From: Octopus bimaculoides
Taxonomy: Eukaryota
DNA: 64,000 nt
NCBI RefSeq assembly: GCF_001194135.2
Contig: NC_068983.1
Span: 122,923,046-122,987,045 of the forward strand
Direction: 5' to 3'
The position numbers and the translations under genes are program-made. Under the pieces are notes generated by a model. It was not told where the DNA came from and did no database searches. It saw nothing but the letters and a program-made list of their open reading frames with translations. Shown here in pieces: positions 1-10,378 of the stretch. How positions within the stretch are numbered: the first letter of the stretch is position 1; each line of letters begins with the position of its first letter.

Positions 1-1900
1 GTTATTTTAGCTGAGACACCAAAGCGCGCAATCCAGTTAGAAACGAAAGCTCGAGCAACTGACTCAGCGGAAATGTCCACTATTGAAATGGCCTCTGACC
101 AACGAGAGAAATGATCGACGCATGTCAATATGTAAGAGAAACCGCGACTGACAGGCCATGATCCCACCAGATCAATGTGGACATGGTGAAAGCGAGTCTC
201 CAGAGGAGAAAAACTGTCCAAGAGGAGCGTGAATATGCCTGTGGATTTTAGAACGCTGGCATTTTACGCAAGAGCGTGCCCAATCGGTGATCATCCGGCG
301 CATATGAGGCCAGAAAAACCGAGCCGTAATAAGCCTCACCGAGGCAGCGACGCCAGGATGTGATAGTGAATGCAAGGCATCAAAAATGGAGCGCTGGTGG
401 TTCTCGGGTACAGATGGTCTGGGAGAACCAGTAGCTGTGTCACAAAGAATGGTGCTTTCAGCAGACGGAAGTGGAAGATAGGCAAACTTGCGACAGGACA
501 ACTTGGTAGAAGCTAAATCCAAAGTGTCCACAGCCGGCTGATCCTGTACAATGGCAGATAAATCGATTGCAGCAGGAGATGAAAGGGAGCACACAGGAAG
601 ACGAGAGAGTGCGTCAGCAGGCACGTTCCCTGTTCCAGGTGTAGTAACGCCGTGCGCATGCGTAGAATTAAACAACCAAGCGTTCCGGCTCAATTCATTC
701 TCTTTCTTGCTGGCCAGCGATTGAGCATGGACGTGTTTTTGCTGTCTCTCACCATCTTTCGGACTTACATTCGACAGCTCGCTTACACATACATAACAAC
801 GTCCCAACAACAGAAGCTGTAACAACAAGAACTAAAGATGTATATATTCCGTACCACCTATATAAAGTGTTGTTTAAGTTGATAGTCTGGAGTTCAGCGT
901 TTCGTTATATTTCATAATTTTATATAGGAAAGTCAGGTATACATCTAATGATGTATAACCAACTTTCCTATACAGGTATGTGTCGAATGTCACTCGTGAA
1001 CTGGGAAATGTAGTCTAGGTGGCGAAAAGCACGAGGCGATTTAGATGACAGAGCAAACGTAAGAGGCTTGTGATCAGTATAAATCATAAAATTTCGGCCC
1101 TCAAGTTGATATTGAAAATGACGAACTGACAGGTAGATCGCCAAGAGCTCGCGATCAAACGTACAGTACCGACGTTCAGCTGGCTTTAATTGACGAGAAA
1201 AAACGCCAAAGGTTTAGTCTGGTTGTTTATGGTGTACAGCAAAACTGCACCAACTGCAGAATCCGATGCCTCAACATTTAAAGAGAGAGGAGCATCGGGA
1301 ACCGGATGTGCAAGCAAAGGAACAGAAGCTATTTCTTTCTTGATTGACTCAAAAGCAGATAACGCCTTGGCAGATAAAGTAATGAGAGAATTCTTTTTTG
1401 TATTTGCTTTCAATAGCTGAGTCAAGGGATGTAGCTTGTCTGCACAATCACGAATAAATTGTCTGTAGAAGTTGACGACTCCCAGAAAGTGGCGGAGTTG
1501 GCGTAATGAAGTGGGGGTGCGATGCGCTGAATTGCATCGACTTTGGAAGAGAGAGGTCTGATACCACTTGAGTCGATATAATGCCCCAGAAATTCCAAAG
1601 AGGACTGCCCAAAAACACACTTATCGGGGTTGATTCGCTGAAAGAGCTGATTTAAGTGTTGGAGGTGATTCTCAGGCGTGTCGCTTGCAATGAGTATGAC
1701 ATCAACGTAAGCGAACACAAAATCAAGTCCACGGACAACTTCATCGATAAATCTTTGGAACGTGCTCATAAAAAGGAACTCGAAGCTGCCAAAGGGAGTA
1801 GTGATGGCAATTTTTGGTACGTCCTCAGGATTGACTGGTATTTGATGGTAGGCACGAACGAGGTCGATCTTAGAAAAATAGTACAACCATGCAAATTAGA
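1..1900 (-). pseudogene. pol: Frameshifted Gypsy pol (RT-RNase H-integrase)
   Basis: ORFs 1422-1886, 1186-1620 and 172-828 plus manual translation of 1-190 and 975-1190 give RT, RNase H and IN motifs in Gypsy order, with frameshifts. Confidence 0.93.
640..972. mobile_element. Solo-LTR-like insert inside the Gypsy RNase H/integrase linker
   Basis: Termini TGTAG...CTATA, flanked by 4-bp direct repeat CAGG (636-639, 973-976). Removing it restores DIRHIPGTGNVPADALSR. Confidence 0.7.
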
Positions 1901-2108
1901 GGAGAAACATTGTGATTGTATGTGTGTGCTTGTACCAATAATTTTTTTTTTTGTCAGTTTAAAGAGTCGCTAGAAAATGGCGCGTGACTGGTAATATCCT
2001 TCTCCCACGTGGGGCAATTCAAATTGGCGGCAGACAAGAACGATGGCTGGAAGTCGAGTTGATTCTTCTGAAGTTCTGTAGCTCCTTTCGGCTGCCGGAG
2101 ATCCTTTA

Positions 2109-2125
2109 CACGTCCGGGGTCACCA
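2109..2125 (-). promoter_or_regulatory. Primer binding site, tRNA-Trp type
   Basis: Minus strand TGGTGACCCCGGACGTG is complementary (one extra base) to the metazoan tRNA-Trp 3' end CACGUCGGGGUCACCA and lies next to the LTR. Confidence 0.85.
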
Positions 2126-2624
2126 CTTTATAATGGGAGGCAAGGTTCACGATATCGGATGAATATCGCCTTCTCCCATTAAAATTGTTCTTTGTGTTGT
2201 TTCAAGCTCCAGAAGTCTTAAGTAAAAATGCAATTCACAACCAGTTTATTTACATCGTTACTCAGAATAGATGAAGTGTGGTGCTCTCAGTATACCATCT
2301 CAAGCTGTGTACGTTCGTTGTATCTCCGTTAACGTGAGCCCATTGCCTCTGGAGATACGACATGCAGACAGGACTAGCCTGGAGACTCAGCCAGCGAAGT
2401 GTGTTCAGCAAGCGCTTGTGGTGAAGAAGAGATAGAATCTGTTTTGTCGGGCCATTATATTCAGTTTGCCATCGCGAGCCTCGTTGTGACTTCGCGTATG
2501 GCAAATGGATGCAGGTGAGGTCTCGCTCCAGTCTCGGAGATGGCAATGGCTGCTGCGAGATCTCATCCAATATGGCACTGACTGCTTGTGCCGCTACACC
2601 TTCAAGTTCCCCTTGTATATTCCT

Positions 2625-3330
2625 AAGGTCAAACTTACACTGCTAATATCTGATGATGTCAGACACATCAATAAGACTATAAATGGCAGTAGGAAGTGGA
2701 AGCTCCAGGAAACTGAAATGTACTCAAACCATCAGGGGATCATAGGTGTAGTTTGATAAGGATGGCCAGGATTCAGTAATCCTAATGCCAAAAGTTGGAG
2801 CAATGCCAATGGAAGAAGAATGAGCGAACTCTTAGTGCAGAGGATACAAAAAGTAAAAATAGTAGGACTTGCTTGCTTGGAACAGTGGATGGAACCTGAG
2901 TGACCGCTGACCAGGAAGAAATCTTGGAGCACTGACCAGGGTAAGTTGTTCTACCTCCTATGTGCTGTGGATGACTTCTTAACTCCAAACCACCTTAAAA
3001 TCAGGGCCAAAGAAGTGGACCCAGAGCCTGCAAACAATGTGGAGCAGCTCTTTGCACCATGAACCATATTTTGATTGGAACTGGTGGCAATAATACCATT
3101 CCAATCGGACATAGTTCTTCTACCTGGGCAAACAAAATCCATTTTGGTAGCATAACTTACAATTCACCTAAGAAGACAGACTTGACATCTCACAGCAATT
3201 GTGATGACACACAGCTGCATTCCTCATAGCAGCTGATTGTCACAACTTTTCAGAAAGTTCAGTACATCGTTTCTTGCAGAAGATGAACCCATTCTGTTGG
3301 CGAAGGCTTACTCGTCTCACCATCTCCACT
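2625..3330 (+). mobile_element. 3' fragment of a restriction-like-endonuclease non-LTR retrotransposon (R2 group, Hero/NeSL-like), decayed
   Basis: Frameshifted translation: GSRKW..HQGIIGVV..G (cf. TGRKW..H..IVG.V..GR.GLG), FYLLCAVDDFLTPNHL, CKQCGAALCTMNHIL (Zn knuckle), SDIVL..SILVA*LTI (cf. PDIVL..ELTVPW). Confidence 0.65.
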
Positions 3331-4239
3331 CAGGTAAAGTGTAGTGACTCAAGAATGAAATTCTTGTGATCCTGAGATACTTCTTACTGAAGATACAGAA
3401 GAGTTTCCAACAAGCTTTGGTCACCATGAAGAGAAAGTGCTAACAATATCTTTAAGTAATTCCTGCAGTTTCTGTTTGGGAAGGAGCAATCTGATGTTTA
3501 TTTGACACATTTACACACACGCATGTACATCTGTGTACGTTTATTGAAACTGAATGTTAATCTCACAATTCATGTTTCAGTTAATATTAACACAAAGCAA
3601 TATAAGTATTTGGTGGTACATTATATTCATTGGTGTGGGTTTGGTTTCCTGTTTGTATCAGTTTACTGTTTTGATTTCACATCTTTTGATTAGTTTTTCA
3701 TTTGTACCTTTTCATTGTTTATTTTTTCTATAGCCTGGTATTTGTCTGTATTTTCTGTTATTTTATTTTTATTGGTCTGTTTATTTGCAGAATATATATA
3801 CTAATATAATTAAGGCAGTCTGTTTTTTGACCAAGTTTGTTTTGTTAAATAAGAATTGTTGTGTGCTTTATATTTAGAAACATTAATGCTCATGATAGAA
3901 TGATTCTGTTACTGGGAATTTTGATTTGGTCAAAGACATTTTAAAAGCTTGGGTGCGTGTTTTTTGTTGGTGGTCATTTGTAGATTTTGTATTTTTTCTT
4001 TTATTCCTTCTCTTTGTTATTAAAGCTAATTAAAGTACATGCTGTTAAAACAATTAAGGATCTATCATTTATGGAAGGGATGAAAAGTGCATTATATTGC
4101 AATTAATATTTATGGTTGAGTGGCCATTGCTATTATGCTGGAGAATGTAGTGTTGCGTTCTGAAGTTGTTAAGCTAATTAGAGATATTTGTTTCTTAATT
4201 TCATTAGAGAATCTGGGAATGTACTTTTTAAATTAATCT

Positions 4240-4258
4240 GCCTGTCTTCCTGCCTGCC

Positions 4259-4289
<31 letters not shown>

Positions 4290-4345
4290 ATGTATGTATG
4301 TATGCATGCATACTTGTCTGTACGTATGTATGCATGCATACTTGT
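4240..4345 (+). repeat. (CTGT)n/(ATGT)n compound microsatellite
   Basis: Directly visible tetranucleotide arrays. Confidence 0.95.
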
Positions 4346-4696
4346 CTGTATGAATGTATATATGTATGAATGTATGCGTATATTCATATATGCATGTATA
4401 CACACATACAAATACCTACCGATATGTATACAGCAACATGCATAGGTGGAGGAAAGTATTACATCCATGCAACGTAGACATGAGAATACACATTGCCTGA
4501 CTGAAAACAAATTTATAAACAATTCTCACAGTAATTTCTGATTTAATAAAAGTACTAGTTTTGATATTCAGGATATATTCTTCTGAAGTGGTGAAATTTG
4601 GCAATAAGTGTGAAGTGGTTCCTAAAAGTTGTACACAGTATGGTGTAAAATATTATTTACATTTGACGGATATTTGTCCTCATCTTGTTTGTTGTT

Positions 4697-4742
4697 AACA
4701 CAACGTTTCGGCTGATATACCCTCCAGTCTTCGTCAGGTGTC
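4697..4742 (-). ncRNA. Minimal type I hammerhead ribozyme motif (Penelope-type)
   Basis: Minus strand: GACAC CUGACGA A GACUG-GAGGGUAUAU-CAGCC GAAA CG UU GUGUU. Stem I GACAC/GUGUU, stem II 4 of 5 pairs, palindromic ACGU helix III, GUU cleavage triplet. Confidence 0.7.
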
Positions 4743-4820
4743 TTGGGAAATTTTGAATCTGGGTTCTCATTCCTAACGATGTTACTATTATTATATTATT
4801 ATTATTATTATTATTAATAA

Positions 4821-4896
4821 TCAGGTCGCTGCCGTGAATCGAACTCGGAATTTTGGGGTTAGTAGCCCGCGCTCTTAACCACTACGCCATATGCCC
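4821..4896 (-). ncRNA. tRNA-derived element (anticodon-loop triplet ACT), acceptor stem unpaired; not a functional tRNA
   Basis: Minus strand GGGCATATGGCGTAGTGGTTAAGAGCGCGGGCTACTAACCCCAAAATTCCGAGTTCGATTCACGGCAGCGACCTGA: A box TGGCGTAGTGG, anticodon arm GGG-CTACTAA-CCC, B box/T loop GTTCGATT. Confidence 0.75.
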
Positions 4897-4925
4897 GTGG
4901 GCAATTATGGAGTGAATTTTAGGGC

Positions 4926-5290
4926 TTATAAATCTATTATTTTTCTATCCTTCCTCAATACCGGTTCCCATATGCTAGTCATATCTGCACTCGGTCTGCT
5001 TAGGAGGTTGTTGTGTCCTAGCATATGTGCTGCTTTTAGTTTTCGTATTTTCCAGTGTTGTTCCCTGTCTATTATTTTAACTTTATCCCACAGGGGGAGG
5101 TGGTCTCCATTTTGCCATACATGATCAGCTATACCCGATTTATCAATATCTCCTCGTGTCACAGCTTTGCGATGTTCTTCTACCCTTATTTTGAGGGGGT
5201 GACATGTTTCGCCTTTGTATAACCTACCACAGCTGCATGGGATGGAGTACACGCAGTTTTTGGTCATATTCTCTTCTGTTGGTGTAAAAT
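4926..5290 (-). pseudogene. Penelope-like element GIY-YIG endonuclease, 3' end of ORF
   Basis: KNCVYSIPCSCGRLYKGETCHPLKIRVEEHRKAV..SGIADHVW..LWDKVKIIDREQHWKIRKLK matches the VY.IPC..C...YIGET...R..EH pattern of PLE endonucleases; stop at 4926. Confidence 0.9.
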
Positions 5291-5539
5291 AGTTGTGTAA
5301 AATAGTGGTGTAAAATGGTGTCAAATAGTTTAGGAATGTTTTCAATGGATGTGCACTGGAGAGAAATGTTTTCAGCAATTATAATTTTCTGTAATCAATA
5401 AATTGCAGTCCCAATAGTTAAATGAATTGAAACAAATCTTAAAGGAAAAGAAACACATTGTTATAAATAATTTCTTAAATGTTCAACCATGTGTTTCTTT
5501 CTAAGTCTGGTCTTCTTAGACATTCAAAATATACACAAA

Positions 5540-6410
5540 TCAAACTAAGTTAGCAACAACATCGTGGTGCATAGGGAGGTAGTACCGTGACAACATTTTA
5601 GGGCAGCTGCTAATCACATCCATGATGTCTTCCACAAAAAACATGACATAGCCTACACATGCAGTTGCACCTTGGTATTGCAGGAGCGCCATTGTCTGTC
5701 TTGTCCACCAGATACTTCTAGCAATCTCCTGTTCCTGGATTGCAAACACATAGCCTTCAAAGTGTGATGTGATGTAGTGGTCTTGTTTCCAAAAGAATCT
5801 GCACTTCATGTCAATTCTACTGTCTTCTTCAAGCTTCCAGGCTACATATCTAAGCATGGTCTTTCTTTTGTATACTGAGCGCTTTCCATCCAGGTCTTCT
5901 CTGAGGTAAGAGAGCTCAACTACTTTGGGGCTCTATAGGAGATCATCAAGAAGTGAGTGTTCCTTGAGGAGTTCACTGCCAACTCATACAATGTTGCTCA
6001 TTTCACTTTTCAACACTGCATTAATATATTTATTTTTGCTGCTGTTGTTTAGCAGGTGCTGCCTGAGTGATACCATATGGCATTCGAAGGCCGTCTGCAC
6101 TGATCTCAGGCCTCTACCACCTTCATTTCTTCTTAGGTAGAGCCTGTCAACATCAATGTTGAAGTTCCCAGTTGTTATCAGGATTTTGCAGGTTTTGATA
6201 TCTATGGAGTGAATTTCCTCTACACACCAATCAAGTACCCCAAATGTTGGGATCAGCACTGGTACTACAAACACATTGTGGGATATTGTTTTGCTGTGAG
6301 AGGAGAGTTCCAACTGCCATATTTCCCTAAGCCTAGTGTAATATTCTCAGGTCACTCTATCTTTATTCACAGTACCTTCATATGATACATTTTCATCTAT
6401 GCCTAGGTAC
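5540..6410 (-). mobile_element. R4/Dong-like non-LTR retrotransposon fragment (RT domain 7, thumb, C-terminal Zn region)
   Basis: YLGIDEN; PVLIPTFGVLDW..DVDRLYLRRNEGGRGL; FEGYVFAIQEQEIA; DVISSCPKMLSRYYLPMHHDVVA. Interrupted upstream by (TATG)n. Confidence 0.8.
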
Positions 6411-6414
6411 TTGC

Positions 6415-6550
6415 ATGTATGTATGTAAGTATGTATGTATGTATGTATGTATGTATGTATGTATGTATGTATGTATGTATGTATGTGTGTGTGTATGTAT
6501 GTATGTGTGTATGTATGTATGTATGCATGTATGTATGTATGTATGTATGC
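6415..6550 (+). repeat. (TATG)n microsatellite
   Basis: Directly visible. Confidence 0.95.
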
Positions 6551-7089
6551 ATATATCATCATGATACAAAAGCATTTGTGGTATTTTAACCATTGCCTTC
6601 TATATGCAAACATTATTTATGCATATGTGCTCTCACACACACACACACACACTCACACACATCTATGTCTATGTTTTATACGAGTGTGTAAACACGAATA
6701 TGCGATTATGATTGAGCTTATCATAAATACAAATTTATTTCTTGAGTCAATATTTAATGTAACTTAATCAATATCAGACTTACATAAAAAAAAAAACCCA
6801 TGAGCTTCAATTTTATTTCTAACTTTTATTCAGCAAAGCAAACATGGGGACCAATTGAAACTGTAACAATAGCATCTAACAAGGACATTTGTAGAAATAA
6901 ACCTAGATTCTTGTGACCTTTTCCAATTCAATATATGTAACATAGCGTCAAATTTCTAATCTGTTTCCATCTAATCTTGTTTTTCATTTGTGCTTCGCAG
7001 ATAAAAGCAGGCGAATATTTTCTGAAAGCTGCATATCCATATTAGAGGTAGATTGTTTCGTGTGAGTAAATCTCTTCAATGTCGTTGTC

Positions 7090-7178
7090 GGAATAATAAT
7101 AATAATAATAATAAAAACAACAACAACAATAATAATAAATTCTTTATTATTGTTATCACAACAAGAACATCATCAATA

Positions 7179-7216
<38 letters not shown>

Positions 7217-7369
7217 AATAAGAATAAGAACAGCACTAACACAACAACAGCATTAACAACAACAAAAACAAGAACAGCAACAACAACAACAACAATAATA
7301 ATAATAATAATGATAATGATGATAATAATAATAATAATAATAATAATGATGATGATGATGATGATAATG

Positions 7370-7400
<31 letters not shown>

Positions 7401-7547
7401 TGATGATGGTGATGATAATGATAATGATGATGATAATAATAATAATAATAATAATAATTATAATAATAATAATGATGATAATGATAATGATGATAATAAT
7501 AATAATGATGATGATGATGATAATAATAATAATAATGATAATGATGA

Positions 7548-7580
<33 letters not shown>

Positions 7581-7585
7581 TAATT
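7090..7585 (+). repeat. About 500-bp compound trinucleotide microsatellite (AAT/GAT/AAC)
   Basis: In-phase mosaic of AAT, GAT and AAC triplets. Confidence 0.95.
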
Positions 7586-8271
7586 TAGAAGTTTCAAAAT
7601 TTTGTTTGTTTGTTTGTGACATTAAAAAAAAAACCTTTGTTCTGGTCTAATACACCTTAGATACACTTCTTTTGGTTTCGATTTTAAGAATTAAGGACAA
7701 GGTTTTATGTATGCAAGATAAGCTTTCTCGTGTAAGATTTCTCTTTGAAAAGTTCCAGTGATATGAAGCATATAACATAAGACTTGGATTAATACATAGG
7801 TATAGCTGTACACAAAGTATGAATAACAATCATTTCCAATGGATTTCATACATCTGTTAATAAGATGAAATGCAATTGATATCTGTGTTTCCTTCACAAT
7901 TGTAGTAACAAGAATATTTCTTAAATCGAGTCAATATAGAAAGAAAAATCTGCAGTCTCTATTAATTATTATTTCTTGCATGAGAATAATTATTTGACTG
8001 AAACATCAGCATATCAAATTACACCCAAATAGAATTCAATTTTGCCTTCGTAGATTCTTTGTTCAAATCCCACCAGTGTTAACTTTGATTTTCAGCCCTT
8101 TAGAGCCAATACCAGTAATATACTGGTTTTTATTTGGTTAACTATTGTTTCTTCCCTATACAATAAGAATTTATTGAAGAAAAAAAAACAAAACAATAAT
8201 TATTACACAAGCATGAAACCTGACATTTTTCTGAAAGGTAAAAATATGACATTCAGTAAATACATTAATTA

Positions 8272-9150
8272 CACTGGTCAACAAAATTAAATGTATTATA
8301 CTCATTATGAATGCAAACAACTTTTTTAGACTAATTTTTCATGTTGACTTCAAAATTTCACTCCATTTGTATGCAGCACATATCAGGTTTTTCAGGAGAT
8401 ACATGCAAATATTTACATATTTGTATATATGAAATCATTAAAGTAATGAACAAGGACACATTATTTTTAGAAAGTAAATGAGTTTATTGAGTTAAAAATC
8501 ACCACTATCATTCTACAAAGAGTGAATACACAAAAAATGGGTCAGACAAAACAGACTAAGTTACAACAACAGAATTACAAACATTATGATTTGGAATTCC
8601 TGGGTGTTCCTGATCTGGTTGGGCATGGTAAAGTATCCATCAGTAGTCAGCCAGCATACTATCATTCCAGAAACCTTGGTACTATTTCTCCATAGCTCTA
8701 GTGTCCTGGTGAAATCTTTCACCGTGTTCATCAGACATTGTTCCAAGGTTATCTGCGAAGAAATCCAGATGGGAGTCCAAGAAATGAACTTTCAGGGACA
8801 TGCGTCAACCCATTGCTGAATAACATTTCAGAAGATTCTTGATGCCATCCTTGTAGTCCGTTGCCTTCTTCTTGTCCAAGAAATTCTCACAGATTCATTT
8901 GAAAGAATTCCAGGCAGGCAGTTCCAGATTAAGAATATGGAGGAAAAAAAGAACACAAATTTCAATTTTTATGAAAAACTCCAAAATTGAACACCCACTT
9001 GCCACTCCATCTTGCTGTCTAAAAGCAAAAATGAACGGCTGTTTTGTCCGTTTCCGCATGCGTAGATTTATAGTGAAACAGCAAAAGGATCACGGCATGT
9101 GAAAACCTCACCATGAAACTCGATATGCTAAAAAATAACGGCTAGATGTC
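8272..9150 (-). mobile_element. Chapaev3-like (CMC) DNA transposon remnant with one terminus and the transposase C-terminus
   Basis: Minus 8590-8935: AWNSFK*ICENFLDKKKA..YSAMG*RMSLKVHFLDSHLDFFADNLGTMSDEHGERFHQDTRAMEK*YQGFWNDSMLADY, the conserved Chapaev3 signature. Terminus CACTGGTCAACAAAAT at 8272; no matching second end found. Confidence 0.8.
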
Positions 9151-9430
9151 TGGAGAATTCTTGCGTTTGTGTGTGTGCGCGTGCAACAATTTCTACAGCT
9201 TATCCGAATGAACAGAGAAAGAAGTACACAGAAATATATTTTACATACCTGTCATATACGTCGGTTTTGTTTTTTCGCTTTAAAGATAAACGATTCTGAT
9301 AGAAGTAATTAGCCTGCTGTCAATTCATTGGATTAATCCCAACAAAATACAAGTTTAGTTACTGGCTCAGCACCTATGTTTGTGTCCCAAAAACAATAAA
9401 AATTTTAACTTAACAAAAGTTTGATATAAT

Positions 9431-9597
9431 AGGCGCAGGAGTGGCTGTGTGGTAAGAAGCTTACTTCCCAACCACATGATTCCGGGTTCATTCCCACTGT
9501 GTGGCACCTTGGGTAAGTGTCTTCCACTATATCCTCGGGCCAACCAAAGCATTGTGAGTGGATTTGGTAGACGGAAACTGAAAGAAACCCGTCGTAT
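9431..9597 (+). mobile_element. tRNA-derived SINE (family A head AGGCGCAGGAGTGGCTGTGTGGTAAG)
   Basis: A/B-box-like head and body repeated at about 39571, 41715, 56524, 63577 and inverted at about 35230. Confidence 0.85.
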
Positions 9598-10378
9598 ACC
9601 CAGATATGTATCTATATGTACATGTAGATGAAGGTATGTACATACATGTATATATATATATATGCATATACTGATATATTGTTTGTATCACATGACAGAA
9701 CGCACGTGTTACCTTTACACAGTAAGTTTGGAACTATTTTTCTAACACAACTCTTTCTATCTCTATATCTATCTCCCCCTCTCATCCTTCCCTCTACTGT
9801 TCTTCGCCTCTCCCTGTCACTACTATCTCTCTCTCTCTCTCTCTCTCTCGCTGCTCGTCCTTCGCCTCCCACCGTCACTACTACTATCTCTCTCCCTCTC
9901 TACCTCTCGTTGATCACTTTTATTCTACTTCCTCCCCTTCTCCTCCCTCTGCTACTCTTTCTCCCTACCCGGCGCTGGTCACGTGTGTCCGGCTGTTATT
10001 TCTTTTCGTTCTTGGACTCCTCAAGCTCGCACGTACTTCTTCGCCTCTCCAGTTCGTACTTCACAGCGTTCAATACATACACACTTCTCCACGTCTGGCT
10101 GTACAGCCTTTTTGTTTGTTTATTTTACCGTTTCGTTTTCCTGTCTTGTTTTCCGTCCGCCACTATCCTCCATGAAAAAAAATTTAATTTGTGTTCGTGG
10201 GAAGAGCCATTTTAACGATGCGTACTGCCCTAACTCTTCGAAACGCCGGTGTTTTAATGGTGGAAGCTGACGAAGGATATGTTCTCTATGTGGCCTGCTT
10301 GTTTGTTGTACCTTGTTTATCATTTTGTCCATGTTCTTTTGCAACGTCATGTACCCAGATATGTATCTATATGTACAT
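9597..10378. mobile_element. Unclassified non-coding element bounded by perfect 27-bp direct repeats
   Basis: TACCCAGATATGTATCTATATGTACAT occurs at 9597-9623 and 10352-10378; CT-rich interior with GGTCACGTG. Confidence 0.55.

Larger units (their letters stand above)
1..2598 (-). mobile_element. Gypsy (Ty3/Metaviridae) LTR retrotransposon, degenerate, gag/protease deleted, continues off the left edge
   Basis: Read on the minus strand: 5' LTR about 2128-2598 starting TGTAGCGG; PBS at 2109-2125; RT ([21 protein letters not shown]); RNase H (EASDSAVGAVL, FDRELLAIYLSVRHF, TDHKPL); integrase Zn finger (HSLSHPGV..WARSCVKCQ) and core (HVHIDLVG..LTCVDHFSRWSEA..WIARFG at 1-190). Confidence 0.95.

Noticed and set aside
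4821-4896. Functional tRNA-Ser(ACT) gene
   Set aside because: The acceptor stem does not pair, there is no long Ser variable arm, and it sits inside a retroelement 3' region; kept only as tRNA-derived.
9628-10215. 195-aa hydrophobic ORF
   Set aside because: Leu/Ser/Pro richness comes from the (CT)n tract; no domain motif.
10230-10290. Permuted hammerhead (GAAACG ... CTGACGA)
   Set aside because: Core words are present in type II order, but stems I and II cannot be paired convincingly.
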